A stretch of DNA of 64,000 bases from Planctomycetota bacterium. GTDB lineage: Bacteria > Planctomycetota > MHYJ01 > WSZJ01 > JACPWG01. Where the stretch lies: the NCBI GenBank assembly GCA_016197205.1, contig JACPWG010000081.1, positions 151,657 to 215,656 of the forward strand, written 5' to 3'. Of the stretch, positions 47,453 to 56,444 are shown one piece after another. Both the position numbers and the translations under genes were made by a program. The first letter of the stretch is position 1; each line of letters begins with the position of its first letter. A model generated the notes under the pieces. The model was not told where the DNA came from. It did not search any database and saw nothing but the letters and a program-made list of their open reading frames with translations.

Positions 47453-48604
47453 CTAGTTTTTGTCGCCGCTCCCGCCCTCTCCGCCCTCCGTCGGCCCGGC
47501 CGCGGGCGCGGCGGACGCCCCACCCGACTCTCCGCCGGGCGCCGCCGCCGCCGCCAATGCGGGCGCCTCTCCCCCGGGTCGTGCCGTCGCCGTCCCCCCG
47601 CCCGTCGAGGCCGCGCCTCCAGCCGCCGCCGCCAGGGCCGCCCGCCTGCGCGTCACCACGACCGACGCCCCCATCGAGGTCGAGAGCGCGACGACGATGA
47701 AGCCCAGCGAGCCCGTCACCTCCAGCCCGCTCGGATGCTCCCCCGCGTGGCTGAAGAACATCTTGATCCCTACGAACCCCAGGATCGCGGCGAGCCCGTA
47801 GTGGAGATAGACGAACTGCCCCATCACGCCGGCCAGCAGGAAATACAAGGCCCGCAGCCCGAGGATCGCGAAGATGTTCGAGGTGTAGACGAGGAAGGGA
47901 TCCGTGGTGATGCCGAAGATCGCCGGGATGGAGTCGACGGCGAACATCACGTCGGAGAACTCGATCACCAGCAGGACGACGAAGAGCGGCGTGGCCCAGC
48001 GCCGCCCTTCCCGGAGCACGAAGAAATTCCCGCCTTCGAACTTGTCCGTGAGCCGCATGAAACGGCGGACGAAGCGGATGATGAAGTGATTCGACACGTC
48101 GGGCTCCTTTTCCGTGTCGAAGCACAGCTTGATGGCGGTGAAAACGAGGAACGCGCCGAAGATGTACATCACCCAGTGGAAGGCGGAGACGATCGCGGCC
48201 CCGAGGCCGATGAAGATCGCGCGCAACAGGAGCGCGCCGACGATGCCCCAGTGGAGGACGCGGTGTTGGTACTCCTGGGTCACGCCGAAGTAGTCGAAGA
48301 TGACGAGGAAGACGAAGAGGTTGTCGACGCTGAGGGCCTTTTCCAGGAGATAGCCCGTCAGGAAAAGCTCGGCGTTGGCGAAGCCCCGGAACACGCCGAC
48401 CACGACGGCGAAGAGCAGCGCCATGGTGATCCAAACGATGCTCCAGGTCAAGGCCTCCCGGCGGGAAACGGCATGCGCGTTCCTGTTCAAGACGAACAGG
48501 TCGAGGAGCAGCATCGCGACAACGAAGACGGAAAAGCCGCCCCAGAGCCACAGCGGTGTGCCCGAGGGAAGCGCGTGCGTCACGGCCGTGGCGGATGGGG
48601 GCAA
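47453..48604 (-). CDS. TerC/Alx-family membrane protein
   Basis: GYLLEKALSVDNLFVF, DVMFAVDSIPA, SNIFAILGLRALYF; TTG start with AGGAGG RBS. Confidence 0.93.
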   Translation of the reverse strand: MPPSATAVTHALPSGTPLWLWGGFSVFVVAMLLLDLFVLNRNAHAVSRREALTWSIVWITMALLFAVVVGVFRGFANAELFLTGYLLEKALSVDNLFVFLVIFDYFGVTQEYQHRVLHWGIVGALLLRAIFIGLGAAIVSAFHWVMYIFGAFLVFTAIKLCFDTEKEPDVSNHFIIRFVRRFMRLTDKFEGGNFFVLREGRRWATPLFVVLLVIEFSDVMFAVDSIPAIFGITTDPFLVYTSNIFAILGLRALYFLLAGVMGQFVYLHYGLAAILGFVGIKMFFSHAGEHPSGLEVTGSLGFIVVALSTSMGASVVVTRRRAALAAAAGGAASTGGGTATARPGGEAPALAAAAAPGGESGGASAAPAAGPTEGGEGGSGDKN

Positions 48605-48715
48605 GGGAACCTCCTGAGCGTGGCACGGTTCGAGGATTTCCGTTTGAGCGCGGGGCGCGCGCTGCTAGGATGACAGGGGCGAGCGCGTTCCCCTGTACTG
48701 CTGATCGTTCGAAGA

Positions 48716-48897
48716 TTGTTTTCTTGCGACCATTTTTGCTTGGGTCGAACGCCACGAAAACCACAGATTTCCCAGGGCAGCCGCTGGCCGCAACCAAAGG
48801 GACGAGCCACCGAAGACGCCGAAAACACCGAAAGACGAACCGCGCATTTCGCCGATTTCGCGAATTTTCTGCGGAGAATTCGTTGCCAGAAAAACAA
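48716..48897. mobile_element. MITE-like element
   Basis: Imperfect TIRs TTGTTTTCTTGCGAC / GTTGCCAGAAAAACAA; internal CCGCAACCAAA and 9-mer repeats. Confidence 0.5.
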
Positions 48898-48899
48898 GC

Positions 48900-49538
48900 G
48901 TGCGGGTCCTTCGGTCCGAGGCCGGCCTGGCCCCGGGTCGGCGGGCCGTGGAAATCGGCTGCGGCATCGGCAGCTTCACCCGGCACCTCGCCGAAACCGG
49001 CGCGACCCTCGTCGCGGTCGACCTCGTCCCCGAGCTGCTCGCGCAGGCCCGCGCCTCGACGCCCGCGAGCAACGTGCTCTTCGTCCAGGGGGACTGCACG
49101 CGCCTCGACGACATCCCGGAGGCGCGCGCGGCCGACGCGGTCGTCGGCAACGCGGTCCTCCATCACCTCGACGTCCGGCCCGCGCTCGAGTCCGTCTTCC
49201 GGGTCCTCGTGCCCGGCGGCGTCCTCGCGCTCTTCGAGCCGAACCTGGTCAACCCGCAGATCTTCGTTTTCAAGCACACGCCCATGCTGCGCAGACGCGC
49301 CGGGTGGTCCCCGGACGAGACGGCGTTTACCCGGTGGCGGCTCGCGCGCGACGTGCGCGCCGCCGGCTTCACCGACGTCCGCGTGCGGCCGTTCGACTTT
49401 CTCCATCCGTCCACGCCGCGTCTGCTGGTCGGCGCGGTGGAGCGGCTCGGCCTCTTCGTGGAAAAGGTCCCCCTGCTCCGCGAGCTCTCGGGGTCCCTCG
49501 CCGTCTTCGCGCGCAAGCCGGTCGCGCCGGTAGTATAG
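48900..49538 (+). CDS. Class I SAM-dependent methyltransferase (possibly 5'-truncated)
   Basis: VEIGCGIG, GNAVLHHL, LVPGG..FEPN; starts immediately after the repeat with no RBS. Confidence 0.75.
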   Translation: MRVLRSEAGLAPGRRAVEIGCGIGSFTRHLAETGATLVAVDLVPELLAQARASTPASNVLFVQGDCTRLDDIPEARAADAVVGNAVLHHLDVRPALESVFRVLVPGGVLALFEPNLVNPQIFVFKHTPMLRRRAGWSPDETAFTRWRLARDVRAAGFTDVRVRPFDFLHPSTPRLLVGAVERLGLFVEKVPLLRELSGSLAVFARKPVAPVV

Positions 49539-49605
49539 GCGGGATCGCCGGCCGGGTCAAGCCAAGAGGCTCGGCCGCCGACTTTCGCTCCACCCGGCCC
49601 GCCTC

Positions 49606-50133
49606 CTACCAACCCTCGCGTCCCAACACCACGTGGGCGTACTGGCGCGTGGGCTCGATGTACGTCTCGTAGGCCTGCTCCACGAGGATGCTCCAGTGGA
49701 GCGACTGCATCGGCGTCCGCCCGCGCTTCACGTCCCGTTCGATCCGCCGCGCGACCCGCAGATGCAGCGGCGTGTCGATGAAGATGCGCAGGTCGCCGAT
49801 TTCGCGCAGCGGCGAACAGAGCGCGAAAATTCCCTCCACCACGAGGATCCCGCTCTTCGGCGGCTCGACCTCCCGGGTCGCCACGCGCTCCGATTGCTTC
49901 ATGTCGTATACGGGCAGCGTGGCCGGCCGTCCCGCGGCCAGGTCCAGCACGGCGTCCCGGCACCCGCCGAGGTCCACGGCGTCGGGCTCGTCGAAATTCA
50001 GCGTCCCATCCGGCCGTTCGCGGATCTCCGCCCGCGGGCGATACCAGTCGTCGGTGGAGAGGATGAGGGCGTCGAACTTCGACGCGAACGTGCTCTTGCC
50101 GGAGCCGGAGCCGCCGCTGATGAGGACGATCAT
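49606..50133 (-). CDS. Uridine kinase-like P-loop kinase
   Basis: ISGGSGSGKST, NFDEPDA, VEGIFAL, RRIERDVKRGR, YIEPTRQYA. Confidence 0.85.
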   Translation of the reverse strand: MIVLISGGSGSGKSTFASKFDALILSTDDWYRPRAEIRERPDGTLNFDEPDAVDLGGCRDAVLDLAAGRPATLPVYDMKQSERVATREVEPPKSGILVVEGIFALCSPLREIGDLRIFIDTPLHLRVARRIERDVKRGRTPMQSLHWSILVEQAYETYIEPTRQYAHVVLGREGW

Positions 50134-51593
50134 CGGCCGCCGCCCGCCGCCCGCAACCGGGCCACGCCCTCGTCGATGCCCGGGGCGAGCAGGAACTGCT
50201 TCAGGATGTCGAGTCGCTCCAGATGGTCCTGCAGGTTGGAGGAGAGGTTGACGAGCGCGACGACCGCGGCCCGGCTGTCGGCGTCGATGAGGGACGGGAG
50301 GATCGAGAAGAAGCTCAGTCCCTTCGAGCTGACGTGCGTCGTGAATTCCAGGTCGACCACGAGGCGTCGGATGTCGTTCGCGTCTTTGAGCGACAGGATC
50401 TGCTTCACCAGGGAGTCCGCCGCGGCCTCGTCCATCACGCCGGAAATGCGCAGCACCGCCAAATGGTCCTCGGCGTGGAGCGCGGCCACGTCGAGCCGGA
50501 AACGACCCGGGGTGGGGCCCTTGCCCGCCGGCTCGGCTCGGCGCGCGGACGGCCCGGCGGCGGCAGAGGGCGCGGGCGCGGGCGCGGCGGGCGCGGAGCC
50601 GGTCGGGCTCGCGGGTGCGGGGCCCGCGGGCGGCGCGACCCGGGCCGCGCCGGGGCGAGGGCCCCACGTCGAGGCGTATCGGTCAGCCGTGGGGCCCGCG
50701 GCGGCGGGGGACGCGGCGGCCGCAGCGGGGGAAGCCGGCGAGGCCTCGGCGCCCGCGCCCTGACCGGCGCCGGGGGACGCGGTCGGCCGAGGCTGGCCCG
50801 CGACGGGCAGCGGGCCCGACAGCGCGAGCGCCGCGGCCGACGCCGTGAGCATTTCCCGGAAGAGCTTCATGGACGGGAACCGTCGTTCGCGGCGCGCGAT
50901 CGACCCGAGCACGAGGCCGTCCACCCACGCCGGGATCGCGTGATTTCGGGCGCTCGGGAGGTCGAAGGTCCGCGGCAGCTCTCCGGTCAGGAGTTCGTAG
51001 AGCATCACCCCGAGGGCGTAGACGTCGGAAGACGCGTCGGGCTCATCGCCGCGCCGCTGCTCCGGGTCCGCGTAGCTGGAGCGTGCCGTCTGGCCCAGAA
51101 GCCAGGCGATGCCGATGTCGCAGACCTTCACGTTGCCCGCTTTGTCGATCAGCACGTTTCCGGGCCGAAGGTCGCGGTGGGGAGCCTTGCGGCCGTGGGC
51201 CAGCTCCAGCGCCGCGGCGATCTCCGTCGCCGTCTCCACGGCCTGACCCGGGGGAAGCGGGCCGCCCGCGAGCCGGCTGCGCAGGGGCTTGCCGTCGATG
51301 AGGTCCATGGCCACGAACACCGTCCGCCCGTCCTGGCCCGCGTCGAGCAGCGCGGCGATGTGAGGGTGGGTCACGCCGATGAGCGTGCGCGCCTCCTGGA
51401 CGAAGCGCGCGGAGGCCTCCGGGCCCGCGAGGAGCGGCGCTGCGACGAGCCGGAGGGCTAGTGTCCTTCCTGTCGTGGCGTGCCGGGCCGCGTGGACCGT
51501 CCCCAGCCCGCCGCGGCCGAGTTCCCGGACCAGTTCATAGGGTCCCACGCGACGGGGCTTGCCATCGGCGCTTCCTGCGGGAGAGTCGGGCAT
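50130..51593 (-). CDS. Ser/Thr kinase-like domain fused to a C-terminal STAS domain
   Basis: GRGGLG, HRDLRPGN, DIG, DVYALG; Pro/Ala linker; STAS-like LVVDLEFTTHVSSKG. Confidence 0.8.
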   Translation of the reverse strand: MPDSPAGSADGKPRRVGPYELVRELGRGGLGTVHAARHATTGRTLALRLVAAPLLAGPEASARFVQEARTLIGVTHPHIAALLDAGQDGRTVFVAMDLIDGKPLRSRLAGGPLPPGQAVETATEIAAALELAHGRKAPHRDLRPGNVLIDKAGNVKVCDIGIAWLLGQTARSSYADPEQRRGDEPDASSDVYALGVMLYELLTGELPRTFDLPSARNHAIPAWVDGLVLGSIARRERRFPSMKLFREMLTASAAALALSGPLPVAGQPRPTASPGAGQGAGAEASPASPAAAAASPAAAGPTADRYASTWGPRPGAARVAPPAGPAPASPTGSAPAAPAPAPSAAAGPSARRAEPAGKGPTPGRFRLDVAALHAEDHLAVLRISGVMDEAAADSLVKQILSLKDANDIRRLVVDLEFTTHVSSKGLSFFSILPSLIDADSRAAVVALVNLSSNLQDHLERLDILKQFLLAPGIDEGVARLRAAGGGR

Positions 51594-51675
51594 CGCACGG
51601 GTCCTCCTTGGGCGTCGCGGACGGGCGTGGGGCTTGGGGCAGGTGGGCCGATTTTAGGAACCGCCGCGCCGTTCG

Positions 51676-53211
51676 TCAAGAGACGCGGCGGGCGATGGGC
51701 TCATTTCCCTTTTTTCGCCCCTCGGATTCGGCAGTCGTGTCGGGCCCCGACTCCTCGCCGGCCGACTCAGGCTGTGCGTCGCGCATGGCGGCGGCCTCAC
51801 GCCCTTCGACCGTCCGCTCCGCGAACGAGATCGCCCCCGCCTCGGGCGCCAGGGCGAGGCTGCCCGACTCCCCCCCGCTCTCCGCCACGCTGAGGCGACC
51901 CGCTTCCGCACCCGCGAGCCGCGACTGGATCGCCGCTACGGCCGATTGCGCGGCCTGGCGGAGCCGAGAGGTCTGGGCGAACCACGCGCCTGCAGGGGCG
52001 CAGGCGAGCAGCGGTTCGACCGCGTGCACCGACCCGATCCGGCCCAACGAACCCGCCGCCGCAATTTGCACCTCCACGTCCGCGGACTTGAGGAACTCGA
52101 GAAGCGGTGCTTCGGCCGCCGGCCCACCCACCGCCGCCAACGCCTCCGCGATGGCCGCCGCCGTCGCGGGCGCGGCCCTTCGCCCGGCCGCGACGAGCCG
52201 TTGGAAGGACGGCGCGTGCCCGAGCTTCCCCAGCGCGCGCACCGCCCGGGTCTCTACCCCTGGGCAACCGACCTCGAGCAGCCGGTCGAGCAGTCCGGGC
52301 AGCCGGCCCGCGGGCACGCAAGCCACGAGGTGGTCGACCCCCCGCGCGCGGACCTCCTCCTCGGCGTCCCGCGCCGCCGCAAGCGCCGCCATCCGCTCCC
52401 ACCCCTCTTCCCCCAGCCCCTTGGCCGCGAGGAACCGGAGTTCCGCGGGGACTCCCTTGGCCTCCGGGGCCGCAAGTGCGCGACACGCCTCGCGCGCGTC
52501 GTCGCTCCCCGCGTATGCGCCGAGGAGCGTTTGCAGGCATCTTCTTCTGAAATCGGCGATCGAGTCTTCGACCGCGTTTCGTCGAAGCAGCCCGGGCACG
52601 CTCCGCCCGGCGAGCGAGAGCCGGCGTGCCAGCTCGAGCACTTCCTGGACGGAAGAAACCAGGAGTTGCGTCGAAGGGATCACCTGGCCGATGTCGAGGA
52701 CGAGCCGGCCTTTTCCGACCGCGCCGCCGCGCGCGGTGACGAACCGGAGGAGCTGTCGCCGGGTGGTCTCGTCGAGAATCGCAAGGATCTCGCCCTCCCC
52801 CCCGTGGATCAGGATTTCCCGGTCGAACCACGGATGCCCGGTCTGCACGTCGTTGCCGGTGACCACCTTCATCAGCGGCGTCGTGAGATTTTCCCGACCG
52901 ACCGTGAGCTCGCTGGGGAGATCCGGGACCTCGACGACGATCCGGACCAGCCCCGGCTGGGAGGGTCCTCCCGGCCGCTCCTCGGTCACGGTGACGGTCA
53001 TCGCCCCGAGCTTCCCGGAGAGCACGGGCGAGTCGGAGCGGAGAAACCGCTTTCGGTGCTCCATCTGGAGGCCGAGCGCCCGCGCCGCATCCGACCAGGT
53101 GCTCTCGGACTGCGCGCGCTCCGCCTTCTTCCTCGTCCCAAACGCGAGGTCGAGGAGGAGGATCAACGTCAGGCCGACCGTGAAAGCGGTCATCAAAATG
53201 GCAGGCATCAT
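51676..53211 (-). CDS. Membrane-anchored HEAT-repeat protein
   Basis: N-terminal TM segment, TGHPWFD motif, C-terminal HEAT repeats and GRLSVAE..GSLAL tail; start uncertain. Confidence 0.7.
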   Translation of the reverse strand: MMPAILMTAFTVGLTLILLLDLAFGTRKKAERAQSESTWSDAARALGLQMEHRKRFLRSDSPVLSGKLGAMTVTVTEERPGGPSQPGLVRIVVEVPDLPSELTVGRENLTTPLMKVVTGNDVQTGHPWFDREILIHGGEGEILAILDETTRRQLLRFVTARGGAVGKGRLVLDIGQVIPSTQLLVSSVQEVLELARRLSLAGRSVPGLLRRNAVEDSIADFRRRCLQTLLGAYAGSDDAREACRALAAPEAKGVPAELRFLAAKGLGEEGWERMAALAAARDAEEEVRARGVDHLVACVPAGRLPGLLDRLLEVGCPGVETRAVRALGKLGHAPSFQRLVAAGRRAAPATAAAIAEALAAVGGPAAEAPLLEFLKSADVEVQIAAAGSLGRIGSVHAVEPLLACAPAGAWFAQTSRLRQAAQSAVAAIQSRLAGAEAGRLSVAESGGESGSLALAPEAGAISFAERTVEGREAAAMRDAQPESAGEESGPDTTAESEGRKKGNEPIARRVS

Positions 53212-53539
53212 GGCGACGATTGTACGTGTTGCTCCGTAGGATTTCCAGCCCGCGGGCGGGAGCGATTCGCGACTCCACATTGGGGAGTCCTTCGCCGGCA
53301 CGCCGGCCGCGCCCATCGGAGGCGCTTTCCACTCGTTGACACCGCTTCCCGGCTCGGGGTAGAATCGCTGTCTTCGCCTTTGGCAGGGTTCGATTTCGAG
53401 ATGCCGTCGCCGATCGACCGGTTCGGTAGGGGCACGGCGCTGCCGTGCCCACGAAGCGAGGAGCCGCGTTCGGATGTGCGTAGCGCCGGCGGCAGTTAGA
53501 GCCCCGCCCCGCCTTTCGCCCCCTGCCGCGTGGGCGTGG

Positions 53540-54001
53540 GGGCCCGTAAAGAAACACCTCATGCAGCTCGGAAACCGGGGAGCTCCTCAGGAGAAGGCTC
53601 AAGGCTCAATGATCAGTTTTCAGGCAAGGCTCAAGGCTCAGAGTCCGCGATTCCGTGCCCGGGCTACGTTCCGTGGTGGTCATTGAGAATTGAACCTTGA
53701 GCCTGGCATGGTTCAAATCGGGGCTTGGTTCAAATCGGGCGGCGCCTGGGTAACACGGATCGACGTCCGGACGTAGGGGCGGGCCTTGTGCCCGCCCTCA
53801 TGGCGACACGATGCCCTCTAACGACTTGTTGCCGGTCGCGGGCGCCCACAAGGGGCGCCCCTACGGCAGGCGGCCGACGGCAACCCGTAACCCAGATTTG
53901 AACCATGCCTTGAGCCTTGTCTGAGTCTTGAAAATTGAGCATTGAGAATTCTTGTCGCCCCCCCTGCGCGTCAAACGAGCAAGTTGTTTTCTTACGGGCC
54001 C
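53540..54001. mobile_element. MITE family B, copy 3 (reverse) with nested element C
   Basis: GGGCCCGTAAAGAAAC / GTTTTCTTACGGGCCC ends; reverse complement of 5487-5739 plus an insertion. Confidence 0.85.
53705..53909. mobile_element. MITE C (205 bp) with 8-bp TSD, carrying a REP doublet
   Basis: Perfect 15-bp TIR GGCATGGTTCAAATC / GATTTGAACCATGCC; TTGAGCCT duplicated on both sides; GTAG-REPs at 53773-53797 and 53840-53864. Confidence 0.88.
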
Positions 54002-54028
54002 CAAGCTTCTCGGAGGCGCCGCCGCCTG

Positions 54029-54838
54029 ATGGCCTCTCGACGACGAGTCGTCGCGCTCCTCACGGATTTCGGGACGCACGACGCCTACGTGGGGGTCCTG
54101 AAGGGAGTCCTCCTCGGGTTCGCGCCCGAGGCGCAGGTGGTCGACCTGAGCCACGACGTTCCCGCTCAAGACATCCGCTCCGCGCGTCGCCTCCTGGCCT
54201 CGGCCGTGCCGTACTTCCCGGAGTCGACGGTCTTCGTGGTGGTCGTGGATCCCGGGGTCGGCACCGACCGCTGCGCCCTTGCAGCCCGGCGCGAAGGCCG
54301 GCTCTTCGTGGCCCCGGACAACGGCCTGTTGGCCTTCCTGGACCAGGGACGTCCGGCCGCGGAGTTCCGCCGCATCGACGCGGACCGCTGGGGGCTGCGA
54401 CCGCGCAGCGCGACCTTTCATGGACGGGACGTCTTCGCCCCCGTGGCCGGTCGCTTGGCGAGCGGATTGGCGTTCGGCCGCGTGGGTGCCGTGGTCGCGC
54501 GCATTGAGCCAGGCCCTCCCGAGCCTGCAGCGAGCTCGATTCCCGGAGGGCTCGCAGGCGCCGTCGTTGCCGTCGACCGATTCGGCACGCTCGTGACGAA
54601 CCTGCGGGCCACCGACCTGGAGATGCTGGGGACCGGCGGCTCGCTTGAGGTTCGGCTCGGCGCGCGTCGGCTCGGAGCGGTCCGGCGGACGTTCGCGGAC
54701 GTGCCCACCGGCCGGCCGGTGTGCTTCGTCGGAAGCTTCGGGGAGCTGGAAATCGCCGTCCGGGACGGGGACGCCGCCCGGCGTTTTCGGTGTGGAGTCG
54801 GCGCGCCCGTCGTCGTGCGGGCCGTTCGAGCAAGGTGA
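54029..54838 (+). CDS. SAM hydroxide adenosyltransferase / halogenase family (DUF62)
   Basis: LLTDFG, VVDPGVGTDR, APDNG, TFHGRDVFAP, DRFG. Confidence 0.92.
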   Translation: MASRRRVVALLTDFGTHDAYVGVLKGVLLGFAPEAQVVDLSHDVPAQDIRSARRLLASAVPYFPESTVFVVVVDPGVGTDRCALAARREGRLFVAPDNGLLAFLDQGRPAAEFRRIDADRWGLRPRSATFHGRDVFAPVAGRLASGLAFGRVGAVVARIEPGPPEPAASSIPGGLAGAVVAVDRFGTLVTNLRATDLEMLGTGGSLEVRLGARRLGAVRRTFADVPTGRPVCFVGSFGELEIAVRDGDAARRFRCGVGAPVVVRAVRAR

Positions 54839-54842
54839 AGCC

Positions 54843-56324
54843 ATGCGCATCGCGTACTTCGACTGCGTTTTCGGCGTAAGCGGCGACATGTTCATCGGCT
54901 CGCTGCTCGACGTCGGCCTGCCGCTGGCGGACTTGAAGCGGGAGCTGGAGCGCCTTCGCCTTCCGGGCTACGCCCTGGCCCAGCGGAAGGTCATGAAGGG
55001 CGTGATGCAGGCGACGAAATTCGACGTCGTCATCGAGGGGGACGCCCGCGGGAACGGCACGCGCCGGCCCCAGGCCAGCGTCCTGCACGGCGGCCCGCGC
55101 CGCGGCCTGCCGCGCGAGGTTGCCGTAGACGATGCGCCCGCGGCCGAACACGCCCATGCTCACGGGCACACGCACGAGCCGGAGCACGGACATGCGCACG
55201 GCGAGGAGCAGGGTTACGCGCACGGCCCCGCGCAGGAGGCCGCGACAAGCGGCCTTCGGACCCACCCGCGCGACGTCCCGCTCTCTGCGATCCTCGCGCG
55301 CATCGAGCGGAGCACGTTGCCGCGCGGCGTCCGGGACCGGGCCCAGGCGATCTTCCAGCGCATCGGCGAGGTCGAGGCGAAGATCCACGGCGTCCCGGTG
55401 GAGACGGTTTCCTTCCACGAGATCGGCGCCGTGGACTCGATCGTGGACGTGGTCGGCGCGGTCACGGGCCTCCACCTGCTGGGCATCGAGGAGCTGTATT
55501 GCTCGCGCCTCCCGCAGAGCTGGGGAACGGTCGACTGCCGGCACGGCCGGCTCCCGGTGCCGCCGCCCGCCTCCTGGGAGCTGTTGAAGGGCTTCCCGGT
55601 CTTTTCGGTGGACGTGCGCGGCGAACTGTGTACGCCGACCGGGGTCGGCATCGTGACGACGCTCGCGCGCGCCGTAGGGTCTTTCCCCGAGATGACCATC
55701 GAGACGGTCGGCTACGGCGCCGGTGACCGGGACTTCGCCACGCACCCCAACCTGCTCCGCGTGCTCGTCGGCCGGCGGGCGACGGCCGGGGGTACGGCCG
55801 GCGAGGCGGACGGGCTGTGGCAAGTCGAGACGAACCTCGACGACATGACCGGCCAGCAGGTGGGCTACCTTTACGATCGGCTCTTCGCCGCGGGCGCGGT
55901 CGAGGTCTTCTCGACGCCGATCCAGATGAAAAAAAATCGACCGGGCGTGCTCCTGTCGGCGCTCGTGCCGCCGGGCGCGTTGGCGGCCGCGGAGTCGGCG
56001 CTCTTCGCGGAGACGACCACGTTCGGGATCCGGCGGCACTGGGTGGAGCGGACGAAGCTCGAGCGCGAGATCGTCTCGGTGGGCACGCCGCTCGGCCCGA
56101 TCCGGTTCAAGGTGGGCCGGCGACAGGGCGCGCCGACGACCGTGTCCCCGGAGTACGAGGACTGCCGTGGGATCGCGGAGGCGCGCGGCATTCCGCTGCG
56201 GGAGGTCATGGCGGAGGCGCACCGGCGCGCCCCGGAGGCGTCCGGCGCTGCAAATGCGAAACCGGAACCGGCGCCGCCGGGTAAAAGTCCCCGGAAGCCG
56301 CGGGCCGGCCGCGGCGCAACGTGA
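54843..56324 (+). CDS. larC: Nickel-pincer cofactor biosynthesis protein LarC
   Basis: GVSGDM, His-rich insert, FHEIGAVDSIVD, TPTG, ETNLDD, MKKNRPG, PEYED. Confidence 0.93.
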   Translation: MRIAYFDCVFGVSGDMFIGSLLDVGLPLADLKRELERLRLPGYALAQRKVMKGVMQATKFDVVIEGDARGNGTRRPQASVLHGGPRRGLPREVAVDDAPAAEHAHAHGHTHEPEHGHAHGEEQGYAHGPAQEAATSGLRTHPRDVPLSAILARIERSTLPRGVRDRAQAIFQRIGEVEAKIHGVPVETVSFHEIGAVDSIVDVVGAVTGLHLLGIEELYCSRLPQSWGTVDCRHGRLPVPPPASWELLKGFPVFSVDVRGELCTPTGVGIVTTLARAVGSFPEMTIETVGYGAGDRDFATHPNLLRVLVGRRATAGGTAGEADGLWQVETNLDDMTGQQVGYLYDRLFAAGAVEVFSTPIQMKKNRPGVLLSALVPPGALAAAESALFAETTTFGIRRHWVERTKLEREIVSVGTPLGPIRFKVGRRQGAPTTVSPEYEDCRGIAEARGIPLREVMAEAHRRAPEASGAANAKPEPAPPGKSPRKPRAGRGAT

Positions 56325-56444
56325 AGACCGGCTTCGATCCGTTCGCGGACTACATCGCGACGCGGCTCGGGCGGTGAGGGCCCGCGCCCCCGGTTCGTGA
56401 GCTGCCGGCGAGAGTGTGAAGTTGGTATTGCGCGGGCGCTACCC

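Noticed and set aside
35109-48604. Selenium/tellurium detoxification island (TPMT-like, TerC, selenoprotein)
   Set aside because: The genes are tens of kb apart with unrelated genes between them, and there is no evidence of linkage
48605-48715. yybP-ykoY (Mn2+) riboswitch upstream of the TerC gene
   Set aside because: Only a CAGGGG/CCCCTG hairpin is present; the conserved motifs were not found
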